From NCBI GenBank assembly GCA_965223545.1, contig OZ245006.1:4992001-5056000 (forward strand): a stretch of DNA of 64,000 bases. Direction: 5' to 3'. The stretch is from Planctomycetota bacterium (lineage in GTDB: Bacteria; Planctomycetota; UBA1135; UBA2386). The stretch's first letter is position 1, and each line of letters begins with the position of its first letter. Below the pieces are notes generated by a model. That model was given only the letters and a program-made list of their open reading frames with translations. It had not been told where the DNA came from and did no database searches. Both the position numbers and the translations under genes were made by a program. Of this stretch, positions 30,301 through 38,898 are shown in pieces.

Positions 30301-33300
30301 GCAGGCCTGTGAGACTGCCGGACACCAGGTCGAAGGGAATCGGTCCCGCCTGCGTAGCCGACAAGTCGGCGAAGGTGGCGATGCCGTTGACCGGGAGCTG
30401 CGTCAGCGTGCCGCTCAGTGGACCGGTGGTCACCAGGGTGACGGGGTCGGTGGCGCTGGGCACGAGGTTGCCCTGCGAGTCCTCGATGCGGACGCTGAAC
30501 GCGGGCCAGGTCGTGCCTGCGTCGACCGTCGGGGTCGGCAGCACGTCGAAGGCGAGCTGGGTGGTCGCCGGCAGCGGAGTCGCGCTGCGCACGCCGAGCA
30601 CCTGCGTGCCGACCGCCGGAATCGTCTCCGCGAGCCGGTAGTAGTAGGTCACGCCGGCCGTCAGGCCGGGGTCGAGCACTTGGTAAGCCGTGGGGCCGGT
30701 CGCGGCGAGCGTCGCGATGGTCGCGAACGGGCCGGTCGGGCTCTGCGAACGGCCGAGGACGAACGACTCGACCTCTGGCTCGGCACCGGTCACCCAGTCC
30801 AGCGTCACTTCCTCGACGCCGGGCGTCGCCGTGTAGCTGAGCAGATCGGTGCTCTGCGGCGCTGCCCATTCGATCAGGTTGGAGGGATCGCTCTCGAAAC
30901 CGTCGCCGGCCAGGTTGCCAGCGAAGTTGACGAACGTCAGCTGCGCGCCGCCGGCCGGGGTGGTGACGTTGAACGCGCCTTGGACGCCGAGGGGGTTGTC
31001 GAAGGTGGTGTAGCGCAGCTCGGTCGGTGCCGTGCGGTGCAGGTTGAGGAGGACCGCGCCAGTCGCCGCCGGGTTGCGGAACGTCGCGACCCGCAGATCG
31101 TCCGGGGCGGGAGCCAAGGTCGCGCTCGCCGAAACAACGACCCCACTCGCGCCCATGTCCTCGAACGCGACGTTGCTGGCGGTGAGCCCACCGTGGATCG
31201 TGAGGCCGTAGCCGCTGCCGCCGAGGCCGCGAATCGTCGCCGGAGTTCCGGGGATGCCGACGGCGCGGAGCGCCCCCGCGGTGTTGATCGTCACCGCGCA
31301 GGTGGGCGCCAGCTCGAGCAGTGCCCCGTCGTCGAGGTTGACGCTACCGTCGACCGAGACCGTCGGGCAAGTCAGCGACAGTTGGCTCTGGCCGAGATCG
31401 AGGACTGCCGTGGTCGCGATGGTCAACGAGTTGGCGCTGACGGAGAGTTGCGCCGAGCCCACCGTTCTGGTGCCACCGTTCTCCAGGCGCAGAGTCGCGA
31501 AGGAAAGGCCGGTGCCGGGTGTCGGCGCGGACATCGCGCCGGTGCCATCGAGGACGACCGATCCCGACGTCGGCGCGAAGGCGGCGTCGGCCGACCAGTC
31601 ACCGGCACAACGGATGGTGTCGGGAGGGGTCGTGACGGTGGTTCCTGCGAAGGTGACGTCGCCGTCGACGTCGAAGACGCCGGAGCTCCAGCGCGTGAGG
31701 GTGCCGGCCAGCATCTGGGCGTCGCCGGTGACGTGGAGGGTGTCGCCGGAGTAGGTGCGCAGCGTGCCCGACTCGAGGCGGAAGGTGCCGACCGTGACGG
31801 TGCCGCGGATGGTGAGCAGGCCGTTGCCGGTCTTGGCGGCGTGCAGCGCTCCGGGGTGCGTGAAGGAATACGCGGTGGTGCTGGTGCTGCCGTCGAGAGT
31901 GAGGTCGCCGGTGCCCAGCAGGGTGGCGTTGCGCAGGTCGAAGTTGCCGGCGAAGGTGTGGTTGGCGGTGCCGAGATCGAGTGTGCCGGAGCCGCTGACG
32001 TGGCTGTTGGCGTCGAGAGTGTTGGCGCCGAGGGCGAGGGCGCCGTTGACGGTGAGGGTTCCGTTCGATTGCAGGGAGTTGGCCGCGGTGACGGCCGGGC
32101 CGGTGATCAGCAGACTCGAGAACACGGAGGTCCCGGTCGAGGACTGGAAGGACTGGGCTCCGGCGCCATCGAACACGACGGTGCCACTGGTGGGAGCGAA
32201 GGCGTCGTCGGTGGACAAGTTGCCGGCAAAACGCATCGTGTCCGGCGGCGCGGTGACGCTGGTTCCGGCGAAGGTGGCGTTGCCGTCGACATCGAAGACG
32301 CCGGAGCTCCAGCGCGTGAGGGTGCCGGCCAGCATCTGGGCGTCGCCGGTGACGTGGAGGGTGTCGCCGGAGTAGGTACGCAGGGTGCCCGACGTGAGGC
32401 GGAGCGTGCCGACCGTGACGGTGCCGCGGATGGTGAGCAGGCCGTTGCCGGTCTTGGCGGCATGCACCGTACCGGCGTGGCTGAAGGAGTAGGCGGTGGT
32501 GCCGGTGCTGCCGTCGAAGACCAGGTCGCCAGTGCTCAGCAGGGTGGCGTTGCGCAGGTCGAAGTTGCCGGCGAAAGTGTGGTTGGCGGTGCCGAGATCG
32601 AGCGTGCCGGAGCCGTTGACGTGGCTGTTGGCGTCGAGAGTGTTGGCGCCGAGGGCGAGGGCGCCGTTGACGGTGAGGATTCCGTTCGAGCGCAGCGCGT
32701 TGCTCGCGGTGACGGCCGGGCCGGTGATCGTCAGAGTCGAGAACACGGAGGTCCCGGTCGAGGATTGGAAGGACTGGGCACCGGCGCCATCGAACACGAC
32801 GGTGCCACTGGTGGGAGCGAAGGCGGCGTCGGTGGACAGGTTGCCGGCAAACCGCATCGTGTCCGGCGGCGTGGTGACGCTGGTTCCGGCGAAGGTGGCG
32901 TCGCCGTCGACATCGAAGACGCCGGAGCTCCAGCGCGTGAGGATGCCGGCCAGCATCTGGGCGTCGCCGGTGACGTGGAGGGTGTCGCCGGAGTAGGTGC
33001 GCAGGGTGCCCGACGTGAGGCGGAGCGTGCCGACCGTGACGGTGCCGCGGATGGTGAGCAAGCCGTTGCCGGTCTTGGCGGCATGCACCGTACCGGCGTG
33101 GCTGAAGGAGTAGGCGGTGGTGCCGGTGCTGCCGTCGAAGACCAGGTCGCCAGTGCTCAGCAGGGTGGCGTTGCGCAGGTCGAAGTTGCCGGCGAAGGTG
33201 TGGTTGGCGGTGCCGAGATCGAGCGTGCCGGAGCCGTTGACGTGGCTGTTGGCGTCGAGAGTGTTGGCGCCGAGGGCGAGGGCGCCGTTGACGGTGAGGA

Positions 33301-34705
33301 TTCCGTTCGAGCGCAGCGCGTTGCTCGCGGTGACGGCCGGGCCGGTGATCGTCAGAGTCGAGAACACGGAGGTCCCGGTCGAGGATTGGAAGGACTGGGC
33401 ACCGGCGCCATCGAACACGACGGTGCCACTGGTGGGAGCGAAGGCGGCGTCGGTGGACAGGTTGCCGGCAAACCGCATCGTGTCCGGCGGCGTGGTGACG
33501 CTGGTTCCGGCGAAGGTGGCGTCGCCGTCGACATCGAAGACGCCGGAGCTCCAGCGCGTGAGGGTGCCGGCCAGCATCTGGGCGTCGCCGGTGACGTGGA
33601 GGGTGTCGCCGGAGTAGGTGCGCAGGGTGCCCGACGTGAGGCGGAGCGTGCCGACCGTGACCGTGCCGCGGATGGTGAGCAGGCCGTTGCCGGTCTTGGC
33701 GGCATGCACCGTACCGGCGTGGCTGAAGGAGTAGGCGGTGGTGCCGGTGCTGCCGTCGAAGACCAGGTCGCCAGTGCTCAGCAGGGTGGCGTTGCGCAGG
33801 TCGAAGTTGCCGGCGAAGGTGTGGTTGGCGGTGCCGAGATCGAGCGTGCCGGAGCCGTTGACGTTGCTGTTGGCGTCGAGAGTGTTGGCGCCGAGGGCGA
33901 GGGCGCCGTTGACGGTGAGGATTCCGTTCGAGCGCAGCGCGTTGCTCGCGGTGACGGCCGGGCCGGTGATCGTCAGAGTCGAGAACACGGAGGTCCCGGT
34001 CGAGGACTGGAAGGACTGGGCTCCGGCGCCATCGAACACGACGGTGCCACTGGTGGGAGCGAAGGCGGCGTCGGTGGACAGGTTGCCGGCAAACCGCATC
34101 GTGTTCGGCGGCGCGGTGACGCTGGTCCCTGCGAATGTGGCGTCCCCGTCGACGTCGAAGACGCCGCCGGAAGACCAGCGCGTGAGGGTACCGGCCAGCA
34201 TCAGGGCGTCACCGGTGACGCGGAGGGTGTCAGCGGAGTAGGTGCGCAGGACGCCCGACGTCAGGGTGAGGTTGCCGGTGACGTTGCTGCCGCGAATCGT
34301 GACCGTCCCGCTGCCGCGGTCGATCTCGAGCTGCGGGCAGGTGACCGCGGACAAGTCGGACGTCGTGGTACCCAGCAGTCGCACCGTGCCATTGCCCGCG
34401 ACGACGCCACTGAGGGCGCCGTACACCTCGAGTGGGGCGGTGGCGTCGACGACGAGGTTGGCGCCCGCTTCGATCGCGAGCGCGCGGCACTGGGGTGGAG
34501 TGGGCTCCCCTGCCGTGGACGCACCCAGCGCGGTGGCGGCCGCGATCGTCGCGTCCGTGCTCGCATTCGGAACACCGTTGGTCCAGTTCGCCGGGTCGCC
34601 CCAAGCACTGCTCGCGGCACCCGTCCAGGTCGTTTGCGCGCTGATTACGGTGGAGAAGCAGGCGAGGACGGCGAGGACGCCGCACAGCAGTTGTGCTCGG
34701 GTCAT
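24380..34705 (-). CDS. Giant (3441 aa) secreted adhesin-like protein: beta-helix repeats, FN3/Ig-like, CARDB-like, PKD and Ig domains
   Basis: Signal peptide; TWTGAASSAWGDPANW; 207-aa tandem repeats; PKD motifs WSFGDG..ST...P.H.Y; Ig motifs YQWRKDG...DAGSY. Confidence 0.9.
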   Translation of the reverse strand: MTRAQLLCGVLAVLACFSTVISAQTTWTGAASSAWGDPANWTNGVPNASTDATIAAATALGASTAGEPTPPQCRALAIEAGANLVVDATAPLEVYGALSGVVAGNGTVRLLGTTTSDLSAVTCPQLEIDRGSGTVTIRGSNVTGNLTLTSGVLRTYSADTLRVTGDALMLAGTLTRWSSGGVFDVDGDATFAGTSVTAPPNTMRFAGNLSTDAAFAPTSGTVVFDGAGAQSFQSSTGTSVFSTLTITGPAVTASNALRSNGILTVNGALALGANTLDANSNVNGSGTLDLGTANHTFAGNFDLRNATLLSTGDLVFDGSTGTTAYSFSHAGTVHAAKTGNGLLTIRGTVTVGTLRLTSGTLRTYSGDTLHVTGDAQMLAGTLTRWSSGVFDVDGDATFAGTSVTTPPDTMRFAGNLSTDAAFAPTSGTVVFDGAGAQSFQSSTGTSVFSTLTITGPAVTASNALRSNGILTVNGALALGANTLDANSHVNGSGTLDLGTANHTFAGNFDLRNATLLSTGDLVFDGSTGTTAYSFSHAGTVHAAKTGNGLLTIRGTVTVGTLRLTSGTLRTYSGDTLHVTGDAQMLAGILTRWSSGVFDVDGDATFAGTSVTTPPDTMRFAGNLSTDAAFAPTSGTVVFDGAGAQSFQSSTGTSVFSTLTITGPAVTASNALRSNGILTVNGALALGANTLDANSHVNGSGTLDLGTANHTFAGNFDLRNATLLSTGDLVFDGSTGTTAYSFSHAGTVHAAKTGNGLLTIRGTVTVGTLRLTSGTLRTYSGDTLHVTGDAQMLAGTLTRWSSGVFDVDGNATFAGTSVTAPPDTMRFAGNLSTDDAFAPTSGTVVFDGAGAQSFQSSTGTSVFSSLLITGPAVTAANSLQSNGTLTVNGALALGANTLDANSHVSGSGTLDLGTANHTFAGNFDLRNATLLGTGDLTLDGSTSTTAYSFTHPGALHAAKTGNGLLTIRGTVTVGTFRLESGTLRTYSGDTLHVTGDAQMLAGTLTRWSSGVFDVDGDVTFAGTTVTTPPDTIRCAGDWSADAAFAPTSGSVVLDGTGAMSAPTPGTGLSFATLRLENGGTRTVGSAQLSVSANSLTIATTAVLDLGQSQLSLTCPTVSVDGSVNLDDGALLELAPTCAVTINTAGALRAVGIPGTPATIRGLGGSGYGLTIHGGLTASNVAFEDMGASGVVVSASATLAPAPDDLRVATFRNPAATGAVLLNLHRTAPTELRYTTFDNPLGVQGAFNVTTPAGGAQLTFVNFAGNLAGDGFESDPSNLIEWAAPQSTDLLSYTATPGVEEVTLDWVTGAEPEVESFVLGRSQSPTGPFATIATLAATGPTAYQVLDPGLTAGVTYYYRLAETIPAVGTQVLGVRSATPLPATTQLAFDVLPTPTVDAGTTWPAFSVRIEDSQGNLVPSATDPVTLVTTGPLSGTLTQLPVNGIATFADLSATQAGPIPFDLVSGSLTGLLDNLVTVEAAAPQDLLFDTPPASPVTAGGVWPAFSLRIEDTYGNLVTSYTDLVAVSINGGTGTLNGDQQINAVGGIATFDSLTYDTAESVTVACAAAGLGGTNVVTAPVTVEAAAPTQLVFVDPSPTQTAGVVFDSFSVEIRDQLGNLASTAPSETITLSLASGTDTLWGTLTAIANNGVASFSDISYTKAEVIALDASSASGLLPASSAPITVEAAAAATLQFATPPPAVASEDAIVPAIQVQVVDVYDNVVTQAVDPVTLAAANVLGTLGGTTSQVPNNGVATFGDLVFDTPQTVDLAFDSTSLASLPHVLAVIPFHSDLALPADAISVTPASPSSGIATQVSIAVKNGGQINATAAVQLYRGDPDLGGVLLGQTGGVIGVGDTATYGLPWTPGAPGLHNLFAVVVNQTPPEATPGDNRAALLVAVDAPPEQLGISGGERLSYPGDNASVTLTVQNTGAGATAITQATTNSSWLSLVTDLSGVTLAPGESVAVLADLSVPPGTPAPPLGGQPDVHPISVDVATATGIFSGSLDVKLFDQPAASLTVRLVDAGTSAVIGGGLVSFQDLPGVVSTDGTGEVTVNLPPGARGVAAYKQGYLAVSRTFLVPDGASTVEIPLTAGATLEVAAVTPQPLSSAEVQARGVNINDPINNHIVDFVVAMEIGDPIIATNVEVPRTNYTTPTRITISREVQQPPGGGGDKMLLGILDFHGGGRRTETWMIIAGDIWTLKSFYDVTMVVVNRSDAEDPTDVQLRNVTVALDALPGGLGLPDLDGVPQSLTRTLADLDAGDVDQASWVVRGDEPGTYAVSATTNGDLYGFGTLLSSIATAAVSDAFVVTLPLLACDFQTPTSVTAGGSFPFGVTVTNQGATVANLVRVNVYSDNLVECALAPTQSEATLSYGSSGQITAAAVDLGDLDPGTSGQATFDMISLVSGQVLRLNIETGCGEPTPHVEVLPDPPTITSQPQDLTVCEGAVATFSVAASGAVPIGYQWRKDGTDIAGATTPSLSLSPVSTTDAGSYDVLVTNPGGSVQSQPAVLTVQAIPQAAFTSDLVGGSAPLMVSFTDLSTGTVDSWLWSFGDGTTSTAQHPVHTYAAPGPYDVSLTATGACGASTETKNGYITIVDPAPVAAFSATPTSGPAPLAVSFTDQSSGAITAWSWSFGDGSASSASSPQHVYTTPGTYSVSLTVSGPGGTDTATRAGYITVDEPPPVILSFDATPSIVSDGDTVTLVPVFSGGTGVIDQGVGAVTSGQAVTVTPTPGATTAYTLTVTNGAGVAVTATAAVTSYPLPVITSFTSSASIVTNGTAVDLAFVFANGTGQLSDGVTSQAVSSGVSLSVTPPDDATTTYTLVVTNPAGASVQAVVSVQAVPPPNIESFVASPTLVINGETSVLTARFSGGQGVITPGPIPVTSEVPVTVTPPPDANTLYVLAVTSPTGETVMAAVTVTAVPALPQILSHPQDQTVAAGADVTLSVVASGSNLSYQWCKDGIPLTGETQSTLFLASVNNGDAGRYTAKVSNAAGTVASNPGVLTVLGTCPDCDGDVVRIDQDLVADFNTSPPTWQGDPALAPYVSFDTSGPTPDTWRLIVDTGTKRLEVIDGATITTGTVATRGKQRPAPGVRVQTSCTVFLDDDAAIDVHAHNAQAGDLEIIADGEIDLRGVVVNRAQTANGRSGRILIASRCGDVKLAVTGLVRSDAGGDVHVLTGGDAAAGRGGDISINGLVEAIYRAAPAPAIRVASFDGKITVTGTTLKQVAVQGRRISTTGVVVRTDRDNIADPGRIEMQAQGDIVVLGNTIQHFAFPNPGTIAVKMLGNHGGGQIDIRSLGGRIVAADRAFDNVNHDNASAVNRLWAALDINLFASGAINSTPVPGPQARQMPVVDVSMAGNAQGGINEIRSFGGQVALLGADTLVLATAWSTAGVDGTNLLTSCTPLANGGTVLPADPVTSDDAGMCAPAVPPALFSDASGLGAGW
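31560..34270 (-). repeat. ~4.3 tandem intragenic copies of a 621-bp (207-aa) unit
   Basis: TRWSSG occurs 5x and GANTLDANS 4x; shadow ORFs start at 32496/33117/33738 (period 621); inner copies nearly identical at DNA level. Ends approximate. Confidence 0.93.
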
Positions 34706-34871
34706 GGGGCTGGGTCGTCATGGCCGTCGCACTCATCCGGACGGCGTTCGCCCTTCCCAACCCCACTCGGCCCTCGGCCCCGCAGCGAAAGTACTGAAAA
34801 GTACCAGGTGTGGCTCGATCCTCCGTCTGCGCGGGTGGTGGGGGCGCGGCCTGCCGCGGTGGGGCGGCGAG

Positions 34872-34900
34872 GCGAGAAAATCGAGCCGGACTCCGTACTT
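34872..34900 (-). repeat. REP-like palindromic repeat, type A
   Basis: Exact reverse complement of 22158-22186; GTAC begins immediately after the lpdA TAA. Confidence 0.88.
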
Positions 34901-36341
34901 ACTGGAAGATGTGGACGGCCATTTTGTGGACCGCTTCGCTGGCTTCCATGATGGTCTCGGGCAAGGTCGGGTGCGCGTGGATGGTCTGCGCGATGTCGCC
35001 GATCGTGGCGCCCATCTCGATCGCCAGCGCGCCCTCGGCGATCAGCTCGGTGACCTCGGGGCCGATCATGTGCAGGCCGAGCAGGCGGTCGGTCTTCGCG
35101 TCGGCGATGACCTTGACCCAGCCGTCGGTCATGTTGAGCGACATGGCGCGGCCCGAGGCGCCGAACGGGAACTTGCCCTCGGCGACCTCGAATCCCGCCT
35201 CTTTGGCTTCTTCGGCGGTGAGGCCGACGCTGGCGATCTCGGGATCGGTGAAGATCACGGCCGGGATGCAGGCCGGGTCGTAGGCGGCGCCTTTGTCGCC
35301 GGCGATCGCCGCCGCCGCCACTAGGCCCTCGTGGCTGCCCTTGTGCGCCAGCATCGGCTGGCCGGCGACGTCGCCGACCGCCCAGATCCCCGGCACATTG
35401 GTCTGTCGTTGGTGGTCGACCGCGATGAAGCCGCGCTCGTCGACCTGCACGCCGGCCGCTTCGAGGCCGAGCCCCTTGGCCAGCGGCCGGCGGCCGACGG
35501 TCGACAGGATCACGTCGCATTCGTGCGTCGTGGTCTTGCCCTTCGTCTCGACCTCTACGCTCAGGCCCGCCTTGGTCTTCTTGAAGCCGACTGCCTTGGA
35601 CTCGAGGTGGACCGGGATCTTCTTCTTCTTCAGCGAGCGGCCCATCTCCTTCGACAGCTCGGCGTCCATGCCGGGCAGCACGCGGTCCATGAACTCGACG
35701 ACGCGGACTTCACTGCCGAGGTTGTGGTAGACGAGGCCGAGCTCGAGGCCGATGTAGCCGCCGCCGATCACCAGCATCCGCTTGGGAATGGCGGCCGGCG
35801 CGAGCGCCTCGGTCGATCCCCAGACGTGCTCGCCGAAGGGGAAGCCCGGTATCTCGATCGGCACCGAGCCGGTGGCGACCACGACGTGTTGGGTCTGCAC
35901 GGTGGTCTTCTTGCCGTCCCCGCCTTCGATCGCGACTTCGTTGCGGCTGATCACCGACGCCGTGCCGCTGTGCACGTCGATCTTGTGCTTCTTGAGCAAG
36001 CCGCCGACGCCGCCGGTCAGCTTGCCGACGATGCCCTCCTTCCACTTGACCAGCGTCTCGACCTCGAGGCCGAGGCCCTCGACCTTGATCCCCATGACCT
36101 GGGCGTTCTTGATCTTCTTGACCAGGCTGCCAGCCGCGATCAGCGCCTTGCTGGGAATGCAACCCACGTTGAGACAGGTGCCGCCCAGGGCTTCCTTCTC
36201 GACGACGGCGACCTTCAAGCCGAGCTGTGCGCAGCGGATCGCGCACACGTAGCCGGCCGGACCGGCGCCGATGACGACGACGTTGTACTTCATGGAATCG
36301 GAGGTCGAACGGGAAGGGGTCTGGGGGTCGGTGGCGGTCAT
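34899..36341 (-). CDS. lpdA: Dihydrolipoyl dehydrogenase (E3)
   Basis: IGAGPAG, GGTCLNVGCIPSK, IGGGYIGLE, HAHPTLPE. Start 36341 (ATGA overlap) or 36293. Confidence 0.96.
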   Translation of the reverse strand: MTATDPQTPSRSTSDSMKYNVVVIGAGPAGYVCAIRCAQLGLKVAVVEKEALGGTCLNVGCIPSKALIAAGSLVKKIKNAQVMGIKVEGLGLEVETLVKWKEGIVGKLTGGVGGLLKKHKIDVHSGTASVISRNEVAIEGGDGKKTTVQTQHVVVATGSVPIEIPGFPFGEHVWGSTEALAPAAIPKRMLVIGGGYIGLELGLVYHNLGSEVRVVEFMDRVLPGMDAELSKEMGRSLKKKKIPVHLESKAVGFKKTKAGLSVEVETKGKTTTHECDVILSTVGRRPLAKGLGLEAAGVQVDERGFIAVDHQRQTNVPGIWAVGDVAGQPMLAHKGSHEGLVAAAAIAGDKGAAYDPACIPAVIFTDPEIASVGLTAEEAKEAGFEVAEGKFPFGASGRAMSLNMTDGWVKVIADAKTDRLLGLHMIGPEVTELIAEGALAIEMGATIGDIAQTIHAHPTLPETIMEASEAVHKMAVHIFQ

Positions 36342-37534
36342 GCGGGCAGCTCGCGGTCGAAGTGGTCTTGCAGGCCCGGCGGGATGTCGGCGAAGACGTC
36401 CTCGAGCAGCGTTTCCGCCGCTGGTGTGCCGCCCTGTTCGGCTTCGCGGATGGCGCTGTTGACACTGGCGGCGATCTCGTCGACGAGGGCGGTTTCCTTG
36501 CCGTCGTCCCACAGCTCGCGCTTCTGCATGTAGCGTCGCAAGCGCTCGATCGGATCGCGGCGTTCCCACGCCTCGACTTCCTTGTCGTCGCGGTAGCGCG
36601 ACGGGTCGTCCGACGAGCTGTGCCCCAGCCGCCGGTAGGTGACGGCCTCGACGAACGTCGGGCCATCGCCGGCGCGCGCGCGCGCCGCGGCCTCACGCGT
36701 CACTTGGTAGACGGCGAGCACGTCGTTGCCGTCGACGCGGACGCTCCGCATGCCGTAGGCCTTGCCCTTGGCGGCGATCGTCTCGGAGGCGTGCTGCTGG
36801 GTCACCGGCACCGAAATCGCCCACTGGTTGTTCTGGCAGAACAGGATCACCGGCGCTCGATAGACCTCCGCGAAGTTCATGCCGGCGTGGAAGTCGTTGG
36901 TGCTGGTGGCGCCATCGCCGAGGTAGCCGAGGATCACGCAATCGTCGCCGCGGGTCTTTGCCGCCATCGCCGCGCCGACCGCGTGCGTGATCTGCGTGCC
37001 GACGACCGACGACATCGCGATGTAGCGCCCCTCTTTCAAGGTGTAGTGGCACGGCATCTGCCGGCCCTTGCAGCGGTCGAGATCGTTGCCGATCAGCTGG
37101 GCGATCGCGGAGTGCATCGGCAGGCCGCGCATCATCGCCGCCGCGCCCTCGCGGAGCGCTGGGAAGATCCAATCGCGCTCTTCGACCCCGGCGACGGAGC
37201 CCACGGTCGCCGCTTCCTGACCGAGGATGGGGCCGTAGAACCCGATGCGTCCCTGGCGCTGCAGAATCAACATGCGGCGATCGAACTCGCGCACCTCCAC
37301 CATCGTCCGGTAGAGATACAACAGGGTGTCGTCGTCCACCGGGCAGTCGCCACGCAGGACGCCATCCTCGCCGAGGATGGACACCATGTGGCCCTCGCCG
37401 GGCGGCGCCGCCGCGGCGCCCGCCTCGGCGGCGTGCGCGCCCGCCGTCTTCTTGCTGGCCGAGCGCCGCCCCTTGCTCGCGTTGCGCGTGCGCGCCGATC
37501 TCTTCGACGCGGCCTGCTTGGAGCTCTTGGCCAT
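36338..37534 (-). CDS. 2-oxoacid dehydrogenase E1 alpha, second paralog
   Basis: LQRQGRIGFY, GDGATS..DFH...NN TPP motif, GHSSSDDPSRYR. Confidence 0.93.
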   Translation of the reverse strand: MAKSSKQAASKRSARTRNASKGRRSASKKTAGAHAAEAGAAAAPPGEGHMVSILGEDGVLRGDCPVDDDTLLYLYRTMVEVREFDRRMLILQRQGRIGFYGPILGQEAATVGSVAGVEERDWIFPALREGAAAMMRGLPMHSAIAQLIGNDLDRCKGRQMPCHYTLKEGRYIAMSSVVGTQITHAVGAAMAAKTRGDDCVILGYLGDGATSTNDFHAGMNFAEVYRAPVILFCQNNQWAISVPVTQQHASETIAAKGKAYGMRSVRVDGNDVLAVYQVTREAAARARAGDGPTFVEAVTYRRLGHSSSDDPSRYRDDKEVEAWERRDPIERLRRYMQKRELWDDGKETALVDEIAASVNSAIREAEQGGTPAAETLLEDVFADIPPGLQDHFDRELPA

Positions 37535-37536
37535 GC

Positions 37537-38871
37537 TCACAACCGTCCGAGCAGCAAGCGCCGCGGGCTCTCCAGGCATTCCTTGATCACGTTCATCCAG
37601 CGGGCGCCCATCGCGCCGTCGACGATGCGGTGATCGATACTGACCGAGAGGTACATCACATCGCCGACCTCGATGCGGCCGTCGGCGGTGACGACCGGCG
37701 TCTTCTTGATCGCGTGGACACCGCAGATCGCCACTTCGGGGAAGTTGATGATCGGCGTGGCGAACAGGCCGCCGATGTTGCCGGCGTTGGTGATCGTGAA
37801 CGTGCCGCCCTGCAGGTCGTCGACCGACACCTTGCCTTCGCGCGTTCTGGCCGCCAGCTCCTGGATCTCGCGCGCCAGCTCGGCGATCGACTTGCGGTCG
37901 ACGTCTTTGATGACCGGCACGATCAGCCCGGCGTCGGTGTCGGTGGCGATGCCGAAGTTGTAGTAGTGCTTGATGACGAGCTCGTCGGTGCTCTCGTCGA
38001 GGGCGGCGTTCATCATCGGGAACTGCTTCATCGCCTCGACGATGGCTTTCATGATGAACGGCAAGTAGGTGATGTTGACGCCCTTGTCCTTGAACTCGGC
38101 CTTGGCTTCGCGGCGCAAGGCGACGAGGTCGGTGACGTTGATGTCGTCGACGTAGGTGAAGTGCGCGGCGGTGCTCTTCGAACGCGCCATCGCCTCGGCG
38201 ATCTTGCGTCGCAGGCCGCGGAACGGCACCCGCTCTTCGCTGCCCGAGCTGGGGATCGCCACCGGCGTCCTCGGTGCCGCGGCCGGTGCGGGCGCCGCCG
38301 CCGGCGCGGTGGGCGCCGGTGCTGCGGTGGCCGTGCCGCCTTGTTCGAGGAACCCCTGCAGATCGTCATTGGTGACGCGACCGCGCGGGCCGGTGCCCTG
38401 CACTTGGTGCAGGTCGACGCCCATCTCGCGCGCGCGGCGTCGGGTGGCCGGTGCGGCGAGCACCTTGCCGGGCGATGCCTGCTCGAAGCCGCCGGCGGCG
38501 GCCCCGACCGGCTCGGGCGTTGCCGCCTCCGGCGTTGGCGCGGCCGGCCGCGGTACCTCGGTCGGGGTCTCGGCTGCGGGAGCCGTGGCTTCGGTACCGG
38601 CACCGGCGGTGCCGTTGCCGCCGCCCGCCGCCGCGGTGTCGATCACCGCGATGACGCTCTCGACCGGCACGACGTCGCCCTCCTTGCAGCGCAGCTCGGC
38701 GATGACGCCATCGTGCGGCACGGTGATCATCACCGTCGCCTTGTCGGTCATCACCTCGACGAACTCGTCCTCTTCCTTGACCTGTTGTCCGACCTCGACC
38801 TTCCAGCCGACGATCTCACCTTCGGCGATGCCCTCGCCGATGTCGGGAAGCCGAAACTCCAACTTTGACAT
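37537..38871 (-). CDS. Dihydrolipoamide acyltransferase (E2)
   Basis: Lipoyl domain EVMTDKAT; E3-binding APATRRRA...GTGPRGRV; catalytic DHRIVDG. Confidence 0.96.
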   Translation of the reverse strand: MSKLEFRLPDIGEGIAEGEIVGWKVEVGQQVKEEDEFVEVMTDKATVMITVPHDGVIAELRCKEGDVVPVESVIAVIDTAAAGGGNGTAGAGTEATAPAAETPTEVPRPAAPTPEAATPEPVGAAAGGFEQASPGKVLAAPATRRRAREMGVDLHQVQGTGPRGRVTNDDLQGFLEQGGTATAAPAPTAPAAAPAPAAAPRTPVAIPSSGSEERVPFRGLRRKIAEAMARSKSTAAHFTYVDDINVTDLVALRREAKAEFKDKGVNITYLPFIMKAIVEAMKQFPMMNAALDESTDELVIKHYYNFGIATDTDAGLIVPVIKDVDRKSIAELAREIQELAARTREGKVSVDDLQGGTFTITNAGNIGGLFATPIINFPEVAICGVHAIKKTPVVTADGRIEVGDVMYLSVSIDHRIVDGAMGARWMNVIKECLESPRRLLLGRL

Positions 38872-38898
38872 TTGTGTTCTCCGTGCGCGGAAGGGGAT

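Noticed and set aside
31560..34270. Near-identical repeats as a DGR template/variable pair
   Set aside because: They are in-frame tandem coding repeats, differences are not adenine-specific, and no reverse transcriptase is in the window.
34788..34805. AAAGTAC x2 upstream of the giant gene as an operator
   Set aside because: Only 7 bp, two copies, no further support.
26099..34951. Long + strand ORFs (1320 aa and 1423 aa)
   Set aside because: Antisense shadows of the giant gene caused by GC-rich codon bias; no recognisable motifs. The same applies to most overlapping ORFs in the track.
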